A stretch of DNA of 64,000 bases. Origin: Clostridiales bacterium. Its GTDB lineage: Bacteria > Bacillota > Clostridia > Christensenellales > CAG-314. Numbering within the stretch: position 1 is the first letter of the stretch; each line of letters begins with the position of its first letter. Shown here one piece after another: positions 8,813 through 18,403 of the stretch. Both the position numbers and the translations under genes were made by a program. The stretch is taken from NCBI GenBank assembly GCA_022508345.1, contig JAFLVK010000001.1, positions 292,371-356,370 on the forward strand, given 5' to 3'. Below the pieces are notes generated by a model that saw only the letters and a program-made list of their open reading frames with translations, was not told the origin of the DNA and searched no databases.

Positions 8813-9556
8813 ATGCAGAAAATAATAGAAGCTACAATAATGACTGAAAAGAATAAGAAAAACGGAATAAAACAACGCCAACCTGTGTGGAAATGCGTTG
8901 CGGGCGTGCTGAAGCTGTTTTTCAAAAAGCCGAAAATAATAAGCCTGTCGGGAGAGCTACCCAACAAAGCCATTTACCTGGCTAATCACAGCGCGATGTT
9001 CGGCCCGCTCATGTACAATTTGTACCTGCCTGCTGAAACTTCCGCATGGGGAGCATATCCCATGCTGGGCAATTACCGAGAGCGCTACCGTTATCTCAAA
9101 AACGTCTACTTTATCCAAAAAAGACACAAGTCCAGGTTTTCCGCGACAGTACTTGCCTTTTTTGAAGCGTTTTTTGCGCCATTCTTTTACAGGAACATGC
9201 GCGTGTTGCCCAGCTACAACGATACACGCTTCATTACTACGATACGGCAAAGTGTGCAAATGCTGGATAACGGTGTCAGCGTGATAATCTACCCCGAAGA
9301 CAGTAACGGCGGATACCACGAGCAGCTCACAAATTTTTTTGCGGGCTTTGTGGAGCTGGCAAAATACTACTACCGCAAGCACCGCGAGGATATACCCATT
9401 TACCCAGTGTACTACCACCCAAAGAAAAGAACAATGGTAATTGGGCAGCCTCAATACCTGCACGACTACCTCAACCAAGGGCTCAACCGCAAGCAAATTG
9501 CAAAGGAATTTTGCACACAGGTAAACAATCTGTTTTTGCACCACATTAAAGAGTGA
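8813..9556 (+). CDS. PlsC-like acyltransferase family protein
   Basis: LANHSAMFGP and IIYPEDSNGG resemble lysophospholipid acyltransferase blocks I and III. The canonical HxxxxD is imperfect. Confidence 0.5.
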   Translation: MQKIIEATIMTEKNKKNGIKQRQPVWKCVAGVLKLFFKKPKIISLSGELPNKAIYLANHSAMFGPLMYNLYLPAETSAWGAYPMLGNYRERYRYLKNVYFIQKRHKSRFSATVLAFFEAFFAPFFYRNMRVLPSYNDTRFITTIRQSVQMLDNGVSVIIYPEDSNGGYHEQLTNFFAGFVELAKYYYRKHREDIPIYPVYYHPKKRTMVIGQPQYLHDYLNQGLNRKQIAKEFCTQVNNLFLHHIKE

Positions 9557-9614
9557 GACGAGGGAGTGCCTCAAGATAGCTGTCAGCACAAAATATAAGA
9601 AAGAAATAAGGGCA

Positions 9615-9722
9615 CATTTTGAATCATTGTGTCAAAGAGAAATTGGTTTGGAAAATCTTTGTAAAATAGCCGATTATTTTGGAGAAGATTTAGATATTTT
9701 AACGGGAAGAAAAGAATATTAA
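9615..9722 (+). pseudogene. XRE-family HTH C-terminal remnant without a start codon
   Basis: Hand translation gives HFESLCQREIGLENLCKIADYFGEDLDILTGRKEY-stop, which is typical of the C-terminal half of Cro/C1 repressors. No ATG/GTG/TTG start in a sensible position. Confidence 0.4.
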
Positions 9723-9734
9723 ATAAAAATTCGT

Positions 9735-9792
9735 AAAAAATTGCACCCCAGGAGTTGAAAACAACTTTTGGGGTGCTTTTTTACAGGAGCCT
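9735..9792. terminator. Bidirectional rho-independent terminator
   Basis: gcacccca-N28-tggggtgc flanked by an A-run and a T-run. Lies between the XRE remnant (+) and the ABC exporter (-). Confidence 0.7.
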
Positions 9793-9834
9793 TTTTTTGC
9801 AAAGCGAAGCCGTTTTGGGCAGAATACCCGAGCC

Positions 9835-11790
9835 TTAACTTAACTCAAACATTCCAGTGTAAAGCTGATAATATTTACCGCGCTGTTTGATTAGGTCGTC
9901 GTGATTGCCGCGTTCGATAATTACACCGTGCTCCAGCACCATGATAGCATCACTGTTGCGAACGGTGGACAAACGGTGCGCGATAACAAATGTTGTGCGA
10001 CCCTCCATCAGCGCATCCATACCCTTTTCAATGAGCCATTCGGTACGGGTGTCGATGCTGCTTGTCGCTTCGTCGAGAATGAGTACCGGCGGATCGGCTA
10101 CCGCTGCGCGCGCAATTGCCAGCAGCTGACGTTGCCCCTGCGATAGGTTTTCACCGTCGCGTGTGAGCATGGTTTGGTAGCCCTCGGGCAAGTGCATGAT
10201 AAACTGGTGCGCATTTGCCGACTTAGCCGCTTCGATACATTCCTCGTCCGTTGCGTCAAGGCGCCCGTAACGAATGTTGTCCATGACGGTGCCCGTGAAC
10301 AGGTGCGTGTCCTGAAGCACCATTGCCAGCGACCTGCGCAAATCGGCTTTCTTGATTTTGTTGATGTTGATACCGTCGTAGCGAATCTTGCCGTCGGGTA
10401 CGTCGTAGAAACGGTTGATAAGGTTGGTAATTGTAGTTTTGCCTGCGCCCGTCGAACCGACGAAAGCAATCTTTTGCCCGGGGTGCGCAAAGAGCGACAC
10501 ATTGTGCAAAACCGTCTTGTTTTCCTCGTAGCCGAATGTCACATTTTCGAAACGCACATCGCCTTTCAGTTCGGTGTAGGTTACCGTGCCGTCAGTGTGC
10601 GGGTGCTTCCACGCCCAACGTCCTGTGCGCGTTTCGCTTTCCGTGATGTTGCCCTCCTCGTCGATGTTGGCGTAAACCAGCGTTACGTAACCATCGTCCA
10701 CCTCTACAGGGGTGTCCATGAGCGCAAATACGCGTTCGCCGCCTGCAACTGCCATGAACAGCAGGTTGATTTGCTGAGCAATTTGCTGAATGGGCATGGT
10801 AATGTTGCGGATATAAAGCAAAAATACGGCAATGATACCAACGTAATCTAACGGGTTTTTGCGCGTTGTTGTAACTGCGATAACCGCACCGATAACGGCA
10901 ATACCTGCGTAGAAGAAATGCGACAGGTTGTTCATTATCGGTCCCATGATGTTAGCGTAGCTGTTGGCGCGCGTTGACACTTCCTGCCAATGGGTGTTGA
11001 TTTTGGCAAATTCCGCGATAGATTTGTCTTCGTGATTGAATGCCTTTACAACCTTTTGCCCCTCGGTCATCTCTTCGATGTAGCCGTTGAGCTTACCCAC
11101 TGCTGCCTGTTGCGCTACAAAGTTTGTCTTGGAGCGGCCACCGATAAACTTCACTATCAAAAACATCAGTACAAGCATGCCAACCATTACAAGTGACAGT
11201 TCCCAGCTCTTTATAAACATGATTACGAACACGCCTGTGATGGTTATCGTACTGCTGATAAATTGCGGAATACAGCGCGCGATAAACTCGTTCATCATGT
11301 CGATGTCGTTGGTGTAGCGGGTCATCAGTTCGCCGTGCGTGGTTGTGTCGAACACCTTGATGGGCAGCTGTTGCATGTGTTGGAACAAATCGGTACGCAG
11401 CTTTTTCATTGTGGAGGTTGATATACCGATAAGTATGCGGTTGAGCGCGTAGTTGACTGCAAGCACAACAATGTAGATTGCCGCAATCAATGCCACCATT
11501 ATGAACAGGTAGCTCATTTTGTTGCCTATATCTGGGCTCAATGCAAGATTGTCCAACGCCGCAATGCCCGTCAAGCTTACGTCGCTATCTGCGGTTGCCG
11601 CCAAGCCTTTTAGCAGCGGGTCCAACAGTGACGTTGCAAAAATGTTGGCAATCGACTGGGTAATGATACACAGTATAACTGCAATCATCCTGCCCTTGTA
11701 GGGTTTGAGATAACTGATCAAACGGAACATTGTTCCCTTGAGATTTTTGGGTTTTTGCGCACCCATTGCTCTTCTGTTAGGTCCCGGCAT
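9835..11790 (-). CDS. ABC exporter, fused permease/ATPase (heterodimer partner 2)
   Basis: Six-TM domain, Walker A GSTGAGKTT, signature LSQGQRQ and Walker B ILILDEATS. Confidence 0.92.
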   Translation of the reverse strand: MPGPNRRAMGAQKPKNLKGTMFRLISYLKPYKGRMIAVILCIITQSIANIFATSLLDPLLKGLAATADSDVSLTGIAALDNLALSPDIGNKMSYLFIMVALIAAIYIVVLAVNYALNRILIGISTSTMKKLRTDLFQHMQQLPIKVFDTTTHGELMTRYTNDIDMMNEFIARCIPQFISSTITITGVFVIMFIKSWELSLVMVGMLVLMFLIVKFIGGRSKTNFVAQQAAVGKLNGYIEEMTEGQKVVKAFNHEDKSIAEFAKINTHWQEVSTRANSYANIMGPIMNNLSHFFYAGIAVIGAVIAVTTTRKNPLDYVGIIAVFLLYIRNITMPIQQIAQQINLLFMAVAGGERVFALMDTPVEVDDGYVTLVYANIDEEGNITESETRTGRWAWKHPHTDGTVTYTELKGDVRFENVTFGYEENKTVLHNVSLFAHPGQKIAFVGSTGAGKTTITNLINRFYDVPDGKIRYDGININKIKKADLRRSLAMVLQDTHLFTGTVMDNIRYGRLDATDEECIEAAKSANAHQFIMHLPEGYQTMLTRDGENLSQGQRQLLAIARAAVADPPVLILDEATSSIDTRTEWLIEKGMDALMEGRTTFVIAHRLSTVRNSDAIMVLEHGVIIERGNHDDLIKQRGKYYQLYTGMFELS

Positions 11791-13628
11791 TAGTTATCAC
11801 CTCCCTGTTCCACTGTACCCTTTTGTTGGGAGTTGTACACTTCCTGATAAATGGAGTTGGTCTTGAGTAGCTTTTCGTGGGTGCCGATGGCGTTGATTTT
11901 GCCGTTGTCCAACACGACGATTTTGTCGCAGTTTTCCACAGAGGATATACGCTGAGCAATGATGATGGTAGTCATATCCTTGCTAAGCTCCTTGAGCCCC
12001 TTGCGTATTTGCGCGTCCGTTGCGGTGTCTACTGCGCTGGTGGAGTCGTCCAGTATCATAATTTTGGGCTTTTTCAAAAGTGCCCTTGCAATGCACAGAC
12101 GTTGCTTTTGTCCACCTGATACGTTTACACCGCCCTGCCCAAGGTCCGTCTCGTAACCGTCGGGGAAAGAGGTGATAAAGTCGTGCGCGCAAGCTGCCTT
12201 GCATGCTGCTTCAATCTCCTCCTGGGTGGCATTTTCGTTACCCCACAGCAGGTTTTCGCGAATTGTACCGCTGAACAAAACATTCTTTTGCAGCACCATG
12301 GAAACGCCCTCGCGCAAATTGAACAACGAGTAGTCTCTCACGTCGGTGCCGTCGACAAGTATTTGCCCGTCATATACGTCGTAGAAACGGGGAATAAGCT
12401 GAACAAGACTGCTCTTGCCCACGCCCGTTCCTCCAATGATACCCACCGTTTCGCCCGAAGCTATGTGCAGGTCGATATTTTCCAGAGTTAAATTTTCGCC
12501 GTTGTTGGAGTAGGAGAAATCGACATTGACGAAATCGATGCTACCGCTACCGACAGTTTTGTCGTTTTGTCCGTCCTTGATGTCGGATTCCGTTTCCAAC
12601 ACCTCGTAGATACGGTCGATGGATGCTCTACTCATAACAAGCTGAACGGCGATAAAGCATATCATCATTACCGACATGAGAATCTGCGTGCAGTAGCTCA
12701 TCATGGCGGTGAGCGTACCGGACTGAATTTTTCCGTTGGCAATATCCGCGCCGCCGATAAGCAGCAATGCCACAATCGTGCCGTACATGATGCTGCTTGT
12801 GAGCGGGTTCATAAGTATCATGAGCTTTTCCGCCTTGAGCTGCGCCTGACGTACGTCTTCGGTGGCTTGGCGGTATTTATGCTCCTCGTAGTCCTCGCGC
12901 ACAAATGCCTTGACAACGCGGATAGCAACAAGGTCCTCCTGTACGCTGGCGTTCATTGCGTCGTACTTTTTGAACATAGACTTGAACAGCGGATGTACGC
13001 GCGTTGCAAGTAATCCCATTACAAGCCCCAACGCGGGGATAGCCACAATGAACACCCATGCCATATCCGGCTGATTGATAAACGCCATGATGGTTGAGAA
13101 TATCAGCATTGCCGGTGCGCGCACAACGGTACGGATAATCATCATGAAGGACTGTTGCGCGTAGTTGACGTCGGTTGTGGAACGCGTTACCAGGCTTGCT
13201 GTAGAGAATTTGTCCACGTTGGCAAAGGAAAAGCTTTGTATCTTTTCGAACAGGTAGCCGCGCATATTTTTGGAAAAGCCTGCGCCGGCAACTGCGCAAA
13301 GATGTCCTGCAAGCGCGCCGAACGTCAGCGACAATATTGCACTGATAATCATCAGTATGCCGTAGGTGTACACGGTGTTGAGCAATATTGCACTGTCCAC
13401 AAAGGCTGTGCCTGCAAGCTTGGTGACAATTTCCCCTGTTGAAAAATCAAGGTATATCAGGTTAGACGTTAGCGCCTCACCCGATGCAAACAATTGCATG
13501 GTGTTGAGAATACTGGACATGAACAGCGGCAAAAACACTTCCAGCGCCGTTTCCAGCATTACCAACACTACCGTAAAAATTGAGGGTACAGCGTACCCTT
13601 TTGCTCCTTTCAAAAGTTTTCTTATCAT
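11790..13628 (-). CDS. ABC exporter, fused permease/ATPase (heterodimer partner 1)
   Basis: Walker A GGTGVGKSS, signature VSGGQKQR and Walker B IMILDDSTS. TAATG overlap with the downstream partner. Confidence 0.92.
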   Translation of the reverse strand: MIRKLLKGAKGYAVPSIFTVVLVMLETALEVFLPLFMSSILNTMQLFASGEALTSNLIYLDFSTGEIVTKLAGTAFVDSAILLNTVYTYGILMIISAILSLTFGALAGHLCAVAGAGFSKNMRGYLFEKIQSFSFANVDKFSTASLVTRSTTDVNYAQQSFMMIIRTVVRAPAMLIFSTIMAFINQPDMAWVFIVAIPALGLVMGLLATRVHPLFKSMFKKYDAMNASVQEDLVAIRVVKAFVREDYEEHKYRQATEDVRQAQLKAEKLMILMNPLTSSIMYGTIVALLLIGGADIANGKIQSGTLTAMMSYCTQILMSVMMICFIAVQLVMSRASIDRIYEVLETESDIKDGQNDKTVGSGSIDFVNVDFSYSNNGENLTLENIDLHIASGETVGIIGGTGVGKSSLVQLIPRFYDVYDGQILVDGTDVRDYSLFNLREGVSMVLQKNVLFSGTIRENLLWGNENATQEEIEAACKAACAHDFITSFPDGYETDLGQGGVNVSGGQKQRLCIARALLKKPKIMILDDSTSAVDTATDAQIRKGLKELSKDMTTIIIAQRISSVENCDKIVVLDNGKINAIGTHEKLLKTNSIYQEVYNSQQKGTVEQGGDN

Positions 13629-13724
13629 TTTCCAATTCTTCTTTTATTTACTTTAGACTATATTATATACTATTTTAAACTTTATGGAAACTGAATTTTT
13701 GCCGTTTTTTAACTATTTAGGACC

Positions 13725-13765
13725 GCTGTCTGTTAATGCAGACAGCTCCCCTTATACAGAGGAGC
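13725..13765 (-). other. Two adjacent hairpins in the dnaE 3' region
   Basis: gctgtctg-N6-cagacagc is perfect. gctcccc-N7-gaggagc gives a U-G pair only if read on the minus strand. No U-tract follows. Confidence 0.4.
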
Positions 13766-13807
13766 CGTCAATTATAAAAGCCAAATCAACATCACACATT
13801 ATCTACT

Positions 13808-13929
13808 AGTGAGGGGTTAGAAGCGAGCAAGACGAGGCAAACGAGCATTTCCAAGGGAGCGTACTAGGCGTACGTGACCGCAGGAAAGCGGAGTTTAACA
13901 AAGTATTGCGACGCTTATAAGCCATCACT
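13808..13929. repeat. Structured repeat, copy A (overlaps the dnaE stop codon)
   Basis: Shares the blocks TTAGA, GGAGYGTACTA, GCGTACRTGAC and AACAAAGYAT with copies B and C. Terminal arms AGTGAGGGGTTA / TAAGCCATCACT. Confidence 0.8.
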
Positions 13930-16900
13930 TCTCGAAGAAGATTACGTTCTTTTCGCCCAGTATTCCTGCCAGTTCGTACTCGATACCGGGGCACTTGCGC
14001 ACACGTCTTTCCAGTTCGTAGTTTTTACCCTCAATGCGAATTTTGACGGGAATTTCGCCCTCATAAGAGCGAAGCGTGTCCATGACCTTTTCGTATTTTT
14101 CGTCGTCACGCTCATCCATCTTGAGCCACAGGGTAATGTTTTTTGTGGGCTGTTCCGCAGTGGGCTCGGGAACCTTGCTGCTTTCCGTGCGCGGGTTTAT
14201 CAGCTCGCGGACGTTAATTTTGTAGGCGTCGCGCGATTCCGTTATCATTCCCTTGACAACTACAAATGCGTCTTCGGCAAAAAGGTTTTTGTATTTTTCG
14301 TACGTCGGGCCGTACAAGCTGATTTCAATTGTGTCGTACTTGTCTTCCAACACACCAAACGCCATGCGCTGGTTGTCCCGCCCTACGGCTACACGGATGT
14401 CGCGCAGTATGCCACCTGTGGTAACAAAACGCTTGGCAACCTCGGGGCGCACAGGTTCGCCGTCCTCCGACCCGTCGGGTACGTATGCCATTGTCTCCGA
14501 CGTGTTGAAGTCAAACAAAAACCGCTTGGCAATGTCGTCGTAGTCGTCCAGCGGAGAGCCGGTCATATACACGCCCAGCACCTCGTTTTCAAAGCTGTAC
14601 AGCACCTGCTTGGGAAATTCCTTTACCTGTTCGCGCTGAGTTCTCGTTGTTGTTTTAATTTCCGGCACAAGGTCGAAAATGGAGATTTGCCCAGTTGCGT
14701 GCTTCTTGTTGCTTTCCGACACTTCGTTGAGCTCCTCAACGTACCATTGCAGCATATCGGCACGGGTACGGTTGAAGCAATCGAACGCGCCGCCCTTGAT
14801 AAGGTTTTCCACCATGCGCTTGTTTATGAAACTGAAGCACCGTTCAAACAGGTCCGTCATGTCCTTAAATTCGCCGTTAGCTTCGCGTTCGTCCACAATC
14901 TGCTTGACAATGCCAACACCAATGTTGCGGATACCGCCCAGCCCGAAACGTATTGCGCCGTTCTCCACGCGGAACTCGTCGCGGCTCCTGTTGATGTCGG
15001 GGGGAAGCACCTCAATGCCCTGCGACTTGGCGTAAGCCATGTACTTCTTTATTTGCGATATATCGCTGATACGGTTGTTCAAAAGCGCGCAAATAAATTC
15101 AACCGGGTAGTATTTTTTGAGGTACGCCGTTTGGTACGTTACGTACGCGTAGCAGGTTGCGTGCGACTTGTTAAATGCGTACTGCGAAAAGTCGTCAAGC
15201 TGCTTGTATATTTCCAGCGCTACGTCCTCGGGGATACCGTTCTTCACGCAACCTGGTACCGTTTCGCCGTTGGTCCACGTTCCGCCGTGTACGAACAGCT
15301 CGCCAAGGTCCTTCATCATTTGCGCTTTCTTTTTGCTCATGGCGTAGCGCACGTTGTCCGCAAGAGCCATGGAAAAGCCCGCAAGCTTTTGCACAAGCTG
15401 CATAACCTGCTCCTGGTAAACGATACAGCCGTTGGTTACGGCAAGTATGGATTCCATAGATGGGTGCAGATATTTTATCTTGGATTTGTCGAACTTGCAA
15501 TCTATGTAGTCGCCGATGTACTGCATAGGTCCAGGACGGTACAGGCTGATTCCTGCAATAATTTCTTCCAAGTGGGTGGGCTTCATCTTGCGCATAAGCT
15601 CGCACATGCCGCCACTTTCCAGCTGGAAGATACACATCGTGTCGCCGGAGCTGATAAGCTCGAATACCTTTTGATCGTCGTAGTTGTCCTGCGCAAAGTC
15701 TATCCTTACGCCGTGGTCCTCGTAAACGTAGTCGCAGGCTTTCTTGATGTCGGTGAGGGTTCTCAGCCCCAAGAAGTCCATCTTGAGTAGCCCCAGCTCC
15801 TCCACCTCTATCATGTTGTACTGGGTTGTAACAATGCCGCCCTTAGCTAGGCTACCGCCGTTTGTCTGCAAAGGAACGTGGTCGGACACCTTTTCACGGC
15901 AGATAACTACGCCCGCCGCGTGCATGCCCGTTTGCCTGGGTGAGCCCTCAAGGCGCATTGCAATGTCAATGAGCTTGTGCGTAGCAGGGTCGTTGTAGGC
16001 GGCAACAAGCTCTTCGGAAATGTAAGTGTCCGCTTCTTTTTTGTATTTTTTGAGCCCCAGTAGATGTTTTAATGTGTATTTGAAATTGTCGGGCACCATC
16101 TTTGCAAGACGGTTGGATTCCGCAATGGGCACACGCAGTACGCGCGCCACGTCGCGAATGGCGTTCTTGGCTGCCATGGTGCCGAATGTGACAATCTGAC
16201 ACACGTTGTCGTTGCCGTACTTGTCGTGAACGTAATCGATGACCTCGCCGCGCCTGTCCATGCAGAAGTCCACGTCGAAGTCGGGCATGGATTTACGCTC
16301 GGGGTTTAAGAAACGCTCGAACATAAGGTTGAAACGGAAGGGCTCCACCTCGGTGATACCGATGAGGTAGGCGATTACACTGCCCGCGCCACTTCCGCGC
16401 CCAGGACCTACCGGGATACCGTTGGTCTTGGCGTAGTTGATGAAGTCCCACACGATGAGGTAGTAATCGACAAAGCCCATGTCGCAAATTACCTTGTATT
16501 CGTAGTCGATCCTGTCCAAGATTTCTTGGCTTGCATTGGGATATTTCTTTTTCAGCCCCTCATCTACCAGGTAACGGAGGTACTCGGGTGAGGACATGTT
16601 GTTGGGCGGAGTGTACAACGGCAGCAGCTTTTCCTTGCCGAAATCCACGTTGCACTTGTCGGCAATTTCAAGGGTTGTATCCATTGCGTCGGGCAACTTG
16701 GGGAACAAAAGCGCCATTTCGTCGTAGCTTTTGAGGTAGAACTCTTCGCCTTGGAATTTCATTCTGTCCGTGTCGTCAAGGTATTTGCCCATCTGTACGC
16801 ACATCATGACGTCCTGTATTTCCGCGTCCTCTCTGTTTAGGTAGTGAACGTCGTTTGTAACAACAATCTTTATGTTGAGCTTGCGTGCCAATTCCACAAG

Positions 16901-17458
16901 CTGCGGCATTACCGCATCTTCCTCTTCTATGCCGTGGCGCTGAATTTCGATGTAGTAGTCCTCGCCGAACAGTGCCTTGTACTGCAGGGCAAGCTCCTCC
17001 GCTTCCTCAGGACGGTCGGCAAGCAACAGGCGTGGCAACTGTCCCGCGATACATGCGGAGAGGCATATTAGCCCCTCGGAATACTTTTGCAATGTTTCGA
17101 AGTCGATACGCGGCTTGTAGTAAAAGCCGTCCACAAAGGCAATGGAATTGAGCTTGCACAGATTGTAGTAGCCTGTGTTGTTTTTCGCCAAAAGCACCAG
17201 GTGGAAATATTCCTTGTTGTCGAACCCCACGCTGTGCAAGTTTTCGCACATGTAAAATTCACATCCGATAATGGGCTTGATTCCCGCAGCATTGGCAGCC
17301 TTCAAAAATTTCCATGCACAGTACATGTTACCGTGGTCGGTAACGGCAACGGCAGGCATGTTTAGCTCCTTGCAGCGAGCAAGCATATCGTCGATACGCG
17401 TTGCGCCGTCAAGGAGACTGTATTCCGTGTGAACATGTAAATGTACGAACTGTTTCAT
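13925..17458 (-). CDS. dnaE: DNA polymerase III alpha subunit (DnaE type)
   Basis: 1177 aa. PHP domain HLHVHTEYSLLDG, polymerase core and OB-fold C-terminus. Confidence 0.95.
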   Translation of the reverse strand: MKQFVHLHVHTEYSLLDGATRIDDMLARCKELNMPAVAVTDHGNMYCAWKFLKAANAAGIKPIIGCEFYMCENLHSVGFDNKEYFHLVLLAKNNTGYYNLCKLNSIAFVDGFYYKPRIDFETLQKYSEGLICLSACIAGQLPRLLLADRPEEAEELALQYKALFGEDYYIEIQRHGIEEEDAVMPQLVELARKLNIKIVVTNDVHYLNREDAEIQDVMMCVQMGKYLDDTDRMKFQGEEFYLKSYDEMALLFPKLPDAMDTTLEIADKCNVDFGKEKLLPLYTPPNNMSSPEYLRYLVDEGLKKKYPNASQEILDRIDYEYKVICDMGFVDYYLIVWDFINYAKTNGIPVGPGRGSGAGSVIAYLIGITEVEPFRFNLMFERFLNPERKSMPDFDVDFCMDRRGEVIDYVHDKYGNDNVCQIVTFGTMAAKNAIRDVARVLRVPIAESNRLAKMVPDNFKYTLKHLLGLKKYKKEADTYISEELVAAYNDPATHKLIDIAMRLEGSPRQTGMHAAGVVICREKVSDHVPLQTNGGSLAKGGIVTTQYNMIEVEELGLLKMDFLGLRTLTDIKKACDYVYEDHGVRIDFAQDNYDDQKVFELISSGDTMCIFQLESGGMCELMRKMKPTHLEEIIAGISLYRPGPMQYIGDYIDCKFDKSKIKYLHPSMESILAVTNGCIVYQEQVMQLVQKLAGFSMALADNVRYAMSKKKAQMMKDLGELFVHGGTWTNGETVPGCVKNGIPEDVALEIYKQLDDFSQYAFNKSHATCYAYVTYQTAYLKKYYPVEFICALLNNRISDISQIKKYMAYAKSQGIEVLPPDINRSRDEFRVENGAIRFGLGGIRNIGVGIVKQIVDEREANGEFKDMTDLFERCFSFINKRMVENLIKGGAFDCFNRTRADMLQWYVEELNEVSESNKKHATGQISIFDLVPEIKTTTRTQREQVKEFPKQVLYSFENEVLGVYMTGSPLDDYDDIAKRFLFDFNTSETMAYVPDGSEDGEPVRPEVAKRFVTTGGILRDIRVAVGRDNQRMAFGVLEDKYDTIEISLYGPTYEKYKNLFAEDAFVVVKGMITESRDAYKINVRELINPRTESSKVPEPTAEQPTKNITLWLKMDERDDEKYEKVMDTLRSYEGEIPVKIRIEGKNYELERRVRKCPGIEYELAGILGEKNVIFFEK

Positions 17459-17464
17459 TTGTGT

Positions 17465-18403
17465 TTACCTTCTTGCAATGTCTATAAGCTTGGCGAAACG
17501 GTGGTTTGCCCCACTCTTGGAGATGCTGAGCATGTCGGCAATTTCGTCCAGGTTTGCCTCGGGATATTTTTCGCGTAGTTGCGCTATTTCTTTCAGGCTG
17601 TCGGGCAGTCCGTCAAACAAGCCCTTTTGTTTGATTGCGGCAATGGCATCAAGCTGTCGGGCTGCTGCGGCAACCGTTTTGCCGATGTTTGCCACGGTGC
17701 AGTTGGTTTGCCTGTTCAAATTGTTGCGGAGGCTACGTGCTGCAATCACGTTTTCCAGCCTGAGCTTGGCTGACATGGCGTTGACGTACACCAAGAAGTC
17801 GGCAACGCTTTCGCTATCCTTCAAATAAAGCACAACGTGGTTTTTGCGCTGCGTAACGCGGAATTTCAATTCGGGATACTGCTCGTTTACCTTTTCCGCA
17901 AAGGCGTTATCCGTCAGGCGAAGCTCCAAGTGGTATTTGGCATTGTCTGCCACGTCGCTATCCAGGTCGTCATTTTGCGGAATAACAACCGAACCGCCCG
18001 CAACAAACAACCCCTGTAAAAATGCCCGTCTGCAACAGGGCTTTTCTGGGAAAATCGACTGCATTTGTCCAAAAATCAACGCGCCGTCTTCGTCGCGCGC
18101 AATGAGCGTTAGCTTTTCGCCAAGCGACTTGTCGAAAGTGCAGCTGTATATGGGCACACCCTTTTTGTTGTTGCCCTCCGCTTCAATATCCGCCTGTACG
18201 CCAAGCTCACCCAGTGCAAGGCTTTGACATATTGTCAGGAAATCAACATTGTCGCTTTCCAAAGTAAACGAAAAACCGTTGAGCCCCAGCGTCAAGGAGC
18301 CGGCACTTTTCAAAACAGCAGTCAAAAAGGAGGTGGCGCAGCACCCCTTTAAGTTTCTGACAGTTTTCAATATTTCGTTTTTAACACTTTGCGAAAAGGT
18401 CAT
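17465..18403 (-). CDS. whiA: DNA-binding protein WhiA
   Basis: 312 aa. MTFSQSVKNEI start, LAGLIDADG-like core and a C-terminal HTH (LDEIADMLSISKSGANHR). Confidence 0.9.
   Translation of the reverse strand: MTFSQSVKNEILKTVRNLKGCCATSFLTAVLKSAGSLTLGLNGFSFTLESDNVDFLTICQSLALGELGVQADIEAEGNNKKGVPIYSCTFDKSLGEKLTLIARDEDGALIFGQMQSIFPEKPCCRRAFLQGLFVAGGSVVIPQNDDLDSDVADNAKYHLELRLTDNAFAEKVNEQYPELKFRVTQRKNHVVLYLKDSESVADFLVYVNAMSAKLRLENVIAARSLRNNLNRQTNCTVANIGKTVAAAARQLDAIAAIKQKGLFDGLPDSLKEIAQLREKYPEANLDEIADMLSISKSGANHRFAKLIDIARR

Noticed and set aside
13806-13994. Small ORFs in the track that cross the repeat copies (13806-13994, 30599-30817, 43295-43534).
   Set aside because: Indels between the three repeat copies break the reading frame, and the start and stop positions are not conserved. 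The short peptide similarity (ASSCS..) only reflects the conserved nucleotide block.
13874-15790. A 638-aa ORF antisense to dnaE. Many other 100-290-aa antisense ORFs occur inside secA, the RND pump, the ABC exporter, recD2 and the HAD gene.
   Set aside because: They all lie opposite strongly supported genes. Their composition is Val/Leu/Phe/His/Arg-rich and low in complexity, with no recognisable motifs. They are the expected result of sense-strand avoidance of TTA/CTA/TCA codons, which removes stops from that antisense frame.
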